A stretch of DNA of 12,758 nt from Promethearchaeia archaeon (GTDB lineage: Archaea > Asgardarchaeota > Lokiarchaeia > Sigyniarchaeales > SOKP01): NCBI GenBank assembly GCA_046483985.1, contig JAWOCD010000125.1:1-12758 (forward strand), written 5' to 3'. This document shows, in pieces, positions 6,371 through 12,758 of this stretch (the stretch's first letter is position 1; each line of letters starts with the position of its first letter). A program made the translations under genes and the position numbers. Under the pieces are notes generated by a model. That model was not told where the DNA came from, ran no database searches, and saw only the letters and a list, made by a program, of their open reading frames with translations.

Positions 6371-7624
6371 ATGAGTGGAGAAAAAGAAAAAAAATTAAAA
6401 TACTTAACAGAACTTAAAGATGCGGCTTTATCTTGTGTCCATTGCGGACAATGTAGAGTTCCCCAATGGCCAGTAAAGGGAATATACGATGTGTGCCCCG
6501 TGTATAAAACGGAGATTACGCCAAAATTTGAACCGTTTTTTTCTCGGGGAAAAAATGTAATCTTAAAAGGCTTGTTTTGGGGCGATCTTGGTTTAAGTAA
6601 AGAACTTAGCGAGATAATTTATCAATGCAGTCTATGTGGGGCATGTGAAGAATTCTGCTTCAATTCGCATAATGAAAATATTGCCTTTTCTCAAGAAGAA
6701 TGGATGAAGCAAGTTGATGTATATGAAGCGTTAAGAGCGGATTTGGTTGAGGCTGGTTATGCTCTTGATTCACATACCGAAATGAATCAAGCAATGGTCG
6801 ATTTGTTAAATCCTTATCAAAGGGATAATCGAAAAAAAGAAGAATGGACTAAAGAATTAGATTTCAAGATAAAGAATGCAAGTCAAGAAAAAAGCGATTT
6901 ATTATATTTTGTCGGATGTACGGCCGCTTTAACACCACAGATCCGTGAAGTTGCTATCGCAACTGCGAAAATCTTACATAAACTGAATATAGATTTTTCG
7001 ATTTTCGGTGAGAGCGAAGTGTGCTGTGGAAGTGTTGCAATGCGTACAGGCGATAGAAAACGGTTTGAGGAGGTCGCCTCCAAAAATATAGAATTGTTTA
7101 AGGAAAGCGGAGTGAAAACCATCATTACCAGTTGTGCTGGTTGTTATCGAACGCTTAAACTAGATTATGCTGACTTTCTTGAGGATTTAGAGATTGAGGT
7201 GCTGCATACCATTGAATTTCTTATTAGAATTTTGGATGAAAAGGACATTCAGCTCAAAAACTTAGGATATTCAGTGACTTATCATGATCCATGTCATACT
7301 GGAAGACATATGGGAGATGATGCTTTATATGATGAGCCTAGAAATATCTTAAATAGAATATGTAATCTCAGTGAGATGAAAACAATTCGAGAAGGGGCAA
7401 TGTGTTGCGGTGCGGGAGGCGGTATAAAAAAGGCATTTCCAGAGCTTTCCCTAGAAATGGCAAAAAATAGACTTGAAGAAGCAGAGGCCACAGGCGCCAA
7501 ATTCTTGGTTAGTACTTGCCCATTTTGTTTTAGAAACTTATCTGATGCCATAAATGCGTCAAACTCTGAAATTAAAATGGTGGATTTAGTCAATTTAATC
7601 TTGGAGGGTTTAGATGAAGAATGA
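6371..7624 (+). CDS. (Fe-S)-binding protein with two [4Fe-4S] motifs and two CCG domains (GlpC/GlcF/HdrD-like)
   Basis: CVHCGQC..CP and CSLCGACEEFC; YFVGC..EVCCGS..TSCAGC; TYHDPCH..MCCGAGGG..STCPFC. Start moved from GTG 6362 to ATG 6371 because AGGTGA (6360-6365) is a well-spaced RBS overlapping the upstream stop. Confidence 0.93.
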   Translation: MSGEKEKKLKYLTELKDAALSCVHCGQCRVPQWPVKGIYDVCPVYKTEITPKFEPFFSRGKNVILKGLFWGDLGLSKELSEIIYQCSLCGACEEFCFNSHNENIAFSQEEWMKQVDVYEALRADLVEAGYALDSHTEMNQAMVDLLNPYQRDNRKKEEWTKELDFKIKNASQEKSDLLYFVGCTAALTPQIREVAIATAKILHKLNIDFSIFGESEVCCGSVAMRTGDRKRFEEVASKNIELFKESGVKTIITSCAGCYRTLKLDYADFLEDLEIEVLHTIEFLIRILDEKDIQLKNLGYSVTYHDPCHTGRHMGDDALYDEPRNILNRICNLSEMKTIREGAMCCGAGGGIKKAFPELSLEMAKNRLEEAEATGAKFLVSTCPFCFRNLSDAINASNSEIKMVDLVNLILEGLDEE

Positions 7625-7646
7625 TTGATAAGAAGGGAGGGGAACT

Positions 7647-8066
7647 ATGAAAGAAGGTCAAAAAGATACGGTGCTTTCTCTTTTTATTCGTTCCCTTAAA
7701 GCTATAATCGAAAAAAAGCGAAAGAATCCTAAATATGAGAAAAAACTAAATAAGTTTAACGGAAAGGTAAATTTTGGCTTAGAAATTGAAAAGGAAAGAT
7801 ACATCTGGTTTCATTTGATTTCTAACAATAAGGTAGTAGAAATTAATAAGGGAAGATTAGAGGAAGATTATGATTTGGAAATATTGTCCGTACCTGAGGA
7901 CTTAATGTTCTTTACTAATGGTGAAAACTCATTAATTCACATGCTTTTTAAAAAAAATAAATTTGGGAAGAGAAAATTGCGCATTAATAAAGGTACTACC
8001 GGCAGAAACTTAAAGAAATTGATAAAACTCCCAAGTATTTTAAGAGTGGATAATGGAAAAATATAA
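7647..8066 (+). CDS. Basic small protein, probable divergent SCP2-like fold
   Basis: GGAGG RBS. The pattern VNFGLEI..YIWFHLISNNKVVEINKGRLEEDYDLEILSVPEDLMFFTNGENSLIHML..KLRI...NLKKLIKLPSIL follows SCP2 strand/helix order. The fold call is an inference. Confidence 0.6.
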   Translation: MKEGQKDTVLSLFIRSLKAIIEKKRKNPKYEKKLNKFNGKVNFGLEIEKERYIWFHLISNNKVVEINKGRLEEDYDLEILSVPEDLMFFTNGENSLIHMLFKKNKFGKRKLRINKGTTGRNLKKLIKLPSILRVDNGKI

Positions 8067-8094
8067 AATAAAAATAAAAAAGAGGTGAAAAGAT

Positions 8095-8817
8095 ATGATA
8101 AATCAGATTGATCTGAGTCTTATTGGATGGATAAATGGAATTTCAGCCACTTTAGTCGTTTCTTGTGCTGCGATATTCGGATTATTGATGGCAGCCCAAT
8201 CTAAAGATAAAAACTCAAATTTGCTTATGTTTGGAGGCCTTATGGGATTTTTCGCAGGAATGATGTGGTTAGGACCTACTGCAGACTTTTTTTCAGTAAT
8301 AATAACAGGAAAAAATTTACCTAATGAATATGTCTATGGAATTCTTACTTTTATGTGGGTTCTTCCGCTTCTTGTAGTTACCATGTTTCTTGGCGGAGAA
8401 TTGATGCTTACAAAGAAAAATAAATATATTTTAGTGATTATTTCTGCTATTCTTGGGATTATTTTCGAATTATTATTGTTTTTTGATGTGGAGGCTGCAA
8501 TAAAAGATTCTTCTGATCCAGGAGGGAGTGAGTTGTTTGATGCTTCAATTGAAATAGGACATCCAACTTTTTTTCTCATATTAGTAGGATTAGCACTACT
8601 TTTTGGATTTGTTGTAATAGGTGGATTCCGTCAAGCACTTAATACCACAGGAGCACTAAGAAAACGATTTATATATATGGCTTTTGCAATATTTTTATTC
8701 ATTCCCATTGCTATTATCGATGCTTTTTTTGAGCCCGTAATAATAGTTCTTCTTATGCGGTTTCTAATGATTTTAGTGGCTTGGTTACTATACCTTAGTT
8801 TGAAAATTAAAATTTAG
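8095..8817 (+). CDS. Stand-alone seven-transmembrane protein of unknown function
   Basis: GAGGTGA RBS; seven hydrophobic segments countable in 240 aa, with a polar loop (KDSSDPGGSELFDAS) between TM4 and TM5; no cytoplasmic output domain. Confidence 0.8.
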   Translation: MINQIDLSLIGWINGISATLVVSCAAIFGLLMAAQSKDKNSNLLMFGGLMGFFAGMMWLGPTADFFSVIITGKNLPNEYVYGILTFMWVLPLLVVTMFLGGELMLTKKNKYILVIISAILGIIFELLLFFDVEAAIKDSSDPGGSELFDASIEIGHPTFFLILVGLALLFGFVVIGGFRQALNTTGALRKRFIYMAFAIFLFIPIAIIDAFFEPVIIVLLMRFLMILVAWLLYLSLKIKI

Positions 8818-8842
8818 TATTTTTTCTTTCTTTATCTTTCTT
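8818..8842 (+). terminator. Putative archaeal oligo-T terminator
   Basis: TATTTTTTCTTTCTTTATCTTTCTT directly follows the TAG of the last operon gene. Confidence 0.5.
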
Positions 8843-8848
8843 CATATA

Positions 8849-8874
8849 ATCACTATATTAGAGAATATAGTGAT
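8849..8874. repeat. Perfect 11-bp inverted repeat
   Basis: ATCACTATATT-AGAG-AATATAGTGAT lies between the convergent transcription units. Confidence 0.8.
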
Positions 8875-8973
8875 AATCTTTAAAAAAACATCAAAAACCT
8901 TTTTTGTGTTTGAAAAAAAAGGGATACTTATGATGATCCATCCATAAGACCGGTTTATAGTCATAAACGAAGT

Positions 8974-9021
8974 GAAGAAAAAATGGAAGAAAAAAGGGAA
9001 GAGAAAACAGAAAACTTCCAT
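8974..9021 (-). terminator. Putative pyrimidine/oligo-T terminator of the ABC operon
   Basis: After the permease stop, the minus strand reads ATGGAAGTTTTCTGTTTTCTCTTCCCTTTTTTCTTCCATTTTTTCTTC: T-runs plus an ATGGAAG/CTTCCAT inverted repeat. Confidence 0.45.
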
Positions 9022-9030
9022 AGATTGCCT

Positions 9031-11478
9031 TTATCCTATGTATTCCGTCTGGACTTGCTTATAGAGGTTTCTACTGTAGACATATTTCATACCGGATCGA
9101 CCAGCCCATAAAATAACCAAAATCGGTACTATCATAGTTGCGATATATACCCATAAAGGTATAAAAAGAGACACCGCAAAATAATCTTCATACAACGATA
9201 ATAACCATGTTCCTACGAATGGAGTCAACACCAATGAGATACCTATCGATAATAGAAGAGGTAAAAGATTTTCTGATATAATGGTCTTATAGATGTTTCG
9301 CTTTTTGTAACCTAAAGACCGTAATATGCCATATTCGGACTCATGATCTCCAATTGACATGAGAGTTGCATTATATAAAATAAAGAATGCAACGATTGAA
9401 GCAAACGCAATAAGAATTCCCATGAAAGGGATTAACATGTCAGCATAATAACTGATATCATCCACCATATCTTCAATATCTTGTACAAGTATTACATTAT
9501 TATCTACATCATAAATATCGCTTATTATCTCCTTTCGGTCTTCTCTTGATAATCCGGATTCAAACTCAACATAGAGATTATTGGCCTTCCCCTCCTTATT
9601 CATAAATTCCCCAAAAGCATCTAAATTTATGTAAGAAACTGCCATAATCTCGTCTGAAACGCCTACAATCTTGAATTCTTCTTCTTGTCCCATCGGGCTC
9701 GTAAAATTTACCATTTGCCCGATTTCAAGTTCCATTCGATTCATAATAGTAAGACAGACCACTACCTCCTCATCATTTTTGAACAATCTGCTCTCTTCTC
9801 CTTTAAACTCAACTAGTTTATAGTCATGCATGGAAAAGTTACGGTATAATCCCAAAACATGGGTATTTAATTCATCAATATCTTCCTTCTTGGGATTTTC
9901 CATGATGACAGGCGATTTAAGTGCGTAATCGAGGTTTGCGAGATCATCAATATCTTCAATTTTAGTAGTTATTTCATCGTCAAACTCAACAGCTGATGAT
10001 AACTCTATAGATGCATCCCATGTTTCTGTTTCATATATCTTTTCATTTACCGTATAGTCAATTGAGGTAGCCATCACTAAAGATGATGCAACGATTAAAA
10101 GCGAAAAACCAATCCCGATCAAATTAAGAAAAGATTTTTTGGGATGTCTGAATAAATTTCGGAGTACGATCTTTGTGGATGCCTTTCTCTTAGATGTTTG
10201 CTTCTTATGGGACATTCGTGAATAGAGCTTTTCTTTTTTATATAATAGATCGGACATATCTCTTTTCAATAATTTTCGAATTGCCGGGAAGATTGAAATT
10301 AACGCTAATCCCATACATAAGACAAAAGAACCCCAGAGAAATTTAAATTCAAATGGATAAAAGAACACAACACCTAAGATTTCGGACGAAAATTCTATAA
10401 ACATCCCGACCATCATCAAATAACCGAATAAAGCACCGATTATGGACGCAATCACACTAATTAGAAGAACCAAGACGAAAAAAGATTTATAAATATCTTT
10501 TTTTCTATAGCCCAGAGAGGAAAGCGTTCCCATTTGTTGTTTTTGATTTATTGCAAACCGCATAAAGATAGACAGGCAGGAAGTAAAAGCCATGATTAAT
10601 GCGAGTACCATAAATACGGTCATAAATTCCGCAGATCCCTCTAAATCTGCCTCCACCATTCTCCAAGCATAACTTTCTTCGAATGGAGTGCTTGATTTTC
10701 GGATGATCCCCTCTTCCTCGAATACATCTTCAATCTCCTCATTTACGCTTTTAGCATCAAAACCTTCTTGAATAGTCACAGACAGCTCATTGTAATTAAA
10801 ATTAGTATACGGTTCAAACTGATCAGGTGAATATGTATCTATGAGATCTCGGAGCACAGTTCGATTTAAAAGTGCAACCCCCATAGTACCATGAACCGGA
10901 AATAACACTTCGGGTAAGGTATTAACCATCACGAATTCCATAGAAAAGAAGGAACCTTTAATATTAAATTCTGTTCCTCCTAACGCTCCTACAGTTAAAT
11001 CCTCTCCTACATCGATTTCGTCATTGTTTTCGACAAATCGTTTGGATAAGATAATCGAAAAGTTATCATCCGGTTCCAAATTCTTGCCATCTTCTATTTC
11101 ATAGGAATAAATATCCATATTGTGAGTATCATTAAAATCTTCAGTCACATCAACACCCACTAAACGAATCTGTAGGGTTTCCTCTCGACCTTCAATTTCT
11201 AGAGGAAACTGGACAACCAGCCTTCCTTGAATGTCATCTACACCATCGACATCCGCAATCTCATCGATAAAACTTGAATTAAATCCGGATGTCTCATAGG
11301 TGTAATCGGCGGCATTTGCATCTTCATAAAAACCTCGAAACACGGGTAAGATATCCGTGGACATAAAAAACATTGAAAGCACAAATCCAATACATAAACC
11401 TAAGATAAGGATAACTACAATCCCTCGTTTTCCCATTTGTTTTAGATCCCGTATCGGTTTTAAATAAAGTTTTTTCAT
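9031..11478 (-). CDS. ABC transporter permease, MacB/FtsX family (two fused repeats)
   Basis: 815 aa with two repeats of TM + large extracytoplasmic domain + 3 TM. FtsX motifs QQMGTLSSLGYRKKDI and SEYGILRSLGYKKRNI; GGAGGT RBS. Confidence 0.92.
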   Translation of the reverse strand: MKKLYLKPIRDLKQMGKRGIVVILILGLCIGFVLSMFFMSTDILPVFRGFYEDANAADYTYETSGFNSSFIDEIADVDGVDDIQGRLVVQFPLEIEGREETLQIRLVGVDVTEDFNDTHNMDIYSYEIEDGKNLEPDDNFSIILSKRFVENNDEIDVGEDLTVGALGGTEFNIKGSFFSMEFVMVNTLPEVLFPVHGTMGVALLNRTVLRDLIDTYSPDQFEPYTNFNYNELSVTIQEGFDAKSVNEEIEDVFEEEGIIRKSSTPFEESYAWRMVEADLEGSAEFMTVFMVLALIMAFTSCLSIFMRFAINQKQQMGTLSSLGYRKKDIYKSFFVLVLLISVIASIIGALFGYLMMVGMFIEFSSEILGVVFFYPFEFKFLWGSFVLCMGLALISIFPAIRKLLKRDMSDLLYKKEKLYSRMSHKKQTSKRKASTKIVLRNLFRHPKKSFLNLIGIGFSLLIVASSLVMATSIDYTVNEKIYETETWDASIELSSAVEFDDEITTKIEDIDDLANLDYALKSPVIMENPKKEDIDELNTHVLGLYRNFSMHDYKLVEFKGEESRLFKNDEEVVVCLTIMNRMELEIGQMVNFTSPMGQEEEFKIVGVSDEIMAVSYINLDAFGEFMNKEGKANNLYVEFESGLSREDRKEIISDIYDVDNNVILVQDIEDMVDDISYYADMLIPFMGILIAFASIVAFFILYNATLMSIGDHESEYGILRSLGYKKRNIYKTIISENLLPLLLSIGISLVLTPFVGTWLLSLYEDYFAVSLFIPLWVYIATMIVPILVILWAGRSGMKYVYSRNLYKQVQTEYIG

Positions 11479-11494
11479 TTCTTTATTACCTCCG

Positions 11495-12193
11495 TTAATT
11501 ATGTTCGGTTATTCTCCCATCATGGATGTGGATTTCTTTAGCGGCTAATTTTTCTACGATGAGTTTGTTATGAGTGACAATTATAAAGGTGGCGTTATGT
11601 TCTTCGCTTAGATTTTTAATTAATTTAAGGACCTTGTCGCCTGTTTTTTCGTCCAAATTTCCCGTGGGTTCATCACACAATACCATGAAATTACCATCAG
11701 TGAATGGTTGTTTAGCAAGTGCTCGAGCAACTCCCACTCTTTGTTGCTCTCCCCCGCTTAGTTGGGACGGAAAATGATTAACTCGATCTGCTAATCCAAC
11801 ATCTTCAAGATAGCGTTTTGCGATTTTTTTTACTTCTTTTTTAGAGCCTAACATTTCAATGGCAACTTCTACATTTTCCATAGCATTTAGAGTGGGTAAG
11901 AGGTTAAAAAATTGGAATATAAAACTTACATTCTTCCTTCGGTATCCTGCCAATTCTGCCGTAGAAAAATCTTGTATTTCTTTCCCGAATATATTAACAG
12001 TTCCGTTGGTAGGGGTGGTGATCCCTCCTAATACATTAAGCAAGGTTGTCTTTCCCGCTCCAGAAGGACCTAGGATTGCAATCAATTCACCAGCAGCCAT
12101 TTTTAAATCAATATCATCTAAAGCTTTTACCGTGGTTTCTCCCATTTGATAATGTTTTGAAACTCTATCTAATGATATAATATCCTTTTTCAT
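11495..12193 (-). CDS. ABC transporter ATP-binding protein, LolD/MacB type
   Basis: Walker [11 protein letters not shown]-loop FIFQFFNL, signature LSGGEQQRV, Walker [13 protein letters not shown]-loop VTHN. Confidence 0.96.
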   Translation of the reverse strand: MKKDIISLDRVSKHYQMGETTVKALDDIDLKMAAGELIAILGPSGAGKTTLLNVLGGITTPTNGTVNIFGKEIQDFSTAELAGYRRKNVSFIFQFFNLLPTLNAMENVEVAIEMLGSKKEVKKIAKRYLEDVGLADRVNHFPSQLSGGEQQRVGVARALAKQPFTDGNFMVLCDEPTGNLDEKTGDKVLKLIKNLSEEHNATFIIVTHNKLIVEKLAAKEIHIHDGRITEHN

Positions 12194-12236
12194 AACGAAT
12201 TAACAATTTGTATTAATTAGTATTAGATAAAACTCT

Positions 12237-12244
12237 TATATAAA
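12237..12244 (-). promoter_or_regulatory. Putative archaeal TATA box of the ABC operon
   Basis: The minus strand reads TTTATATA after a purine-rich BRE-like stretch (GAATAAAGA), about 44 nt upstream of ATG 12193. Confidence 0.55.
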
Positions 12245-12397
12245 TCTTTATTCTCTGTCAATATAAGAGATACACAGTCCAAAATAATTGGGAAATCTGA
12301 TTGAAATACAAATTACGGCAATTTGATAAGATATAAAAAATATGTAAATTACAAAAAAGCCGTAAATTATTTGTTCATTAAAAAAATATCTATCACC

Positions 12398-12758
12398 ATG
12401 GATAATCGTTTCAATGAAGATTTTGAAAGATTGATGAATTCGCTTTCGAGTCATATTTCCCATAAAATACTGTTATTATATTCTCACCAAGAAGGTTTTA
12501 ATCTCACCAGCACTTCACAGGAGATTAAAGAAAAAATATCCACCACGCAAGATCATTTAAATAAGTTATTAAGTCAGAGATTGGTCTATCGGATAGATAA
12601 AGATTATTTTTTATCTAGTTTTGGAGAATACCATCTCAGACAGCTTCAAAATCTAGCCCTTTTTGAAAAATCTAAATCTTTATTTGGCAAAATACCTAAA
12701 GGACTCATCCCTCCAGAAATCGTTGATAAACTCTGTCCAGCATTAGGGAATTGCACTA
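12398..12758 (+). CDS. Winged helix-turn-helix (ArsR-like, archaeal) transcriptional regulator, 3'-partial
   Basis: Missed by the ORF track because it runs off the window. It reads MDNRFNEDFERLMNSLSSHISHKILLLYSHQEGFNLTSTSQEIKEKISTTQDHLNKLLSQRLVYRIDKDYFLSSFGEYHLRQLQNL...IPPEIVDKL. HTH plus wing ending in YFLSSFG, with no stop to the window end. Confidence 0.82.
   Translation, partial: MDNRFNEDFERLMNSLSSHISHKILLLYSHQEGFNLTSTSQEIKEKISTTQDHLNKLLSQRLVYRIDKDYFLSSFGEYHLRQLQNLALFEKSKSLFGKIPKGLIPPEIVDKLCPALGNCT

Noticed and set aside
4841-7624. Naming the pair glcD/glcF, dld or hdrD
   Set aside because: The fold-level similarity is clear, but the flavoprotein lacks the diagnostic catalytic motif, so specific gene symbols are unsupported.
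8095-8817. Microbial rhodopsin
   Set aside because: TM7 lacks the retinal-binding Lys (DxxxK), and no rhodopsin TM3 motif is visible.
8927-8975. SECIS element or C/D-box sRNA (ATGATGA at 8930-8936; ATGA...GA on the minus strand)
   Set aside because: There is no downstream CTGA D box and no proper SECIS stem or apical loop. No adjacent gene needs in-frame TGA readthrough; the Fe-S/CCG motifs all use Cys.
1733-12149. Short track ORFs 1733..1921, 2994..3209, 3760..3972, 5046..5282, 5242..5433, 5963..6187, 6883..7125, 7294..7593, 8334..8579, 11574..11777 and 11859..12149
   Set aside because: All lie antisense within longer, better-supported genes and show no recognisable motifs; they are shadow ORFs.
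12248-12463. 71-aa minus-strand ORF
   Set aside because: It overlaps the start of the better-supported + strand wHTH gene and the divergent promoter region, and shows no motif.

Overview
AT-rich prokaryotic window with archaeal signals (TTTATATA TATA boxes, GGAGG/GAGGTGA ribosome-binding sites, oligo-T terminators). By inference, the gene content best fits an Asgard (Lokiarchaeia-like) archaeon. It has three blocks. (1) 1-2780 is a decaying accessory/defence patch: a small ORF missed by the track (61-228), a frameshifted 5'-truncated PIN/VapC toxin, a hairpin resembling an IS200/IS605 end, an intact MazF/PemK toxin-antitoxin pair, a short ubiquitin-like remnant, a membrane protein and a frameshifted TIR/NDT-like gene. 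(2) 2753-8817 holds a TetR regulator divergent from a six-gene cluster: acidic SCP2 protein, acetoacetate-decarboxylase-family enzyme, FAD-linked oxidoreductase without the usual HG motif, 2x[4Fe-4S]/2xCCG protein, basic SCP2-like protein and stand-alone 7TM protein. A 19-bp-periodic array of FadR(YsiA)-like operators lies between the regulator and the cluster. This block is the best candidate for an undescribed system, probably a lipid/hydrophobic-substrate oxidation module. (3) 9031-12758 holds a convergent MacB/LolCDE-type ABC transporter and a divergent, truncated winged-HTH regulator missed by the ORF track. All family assignments come from motif recognition by eye; no searches were run.
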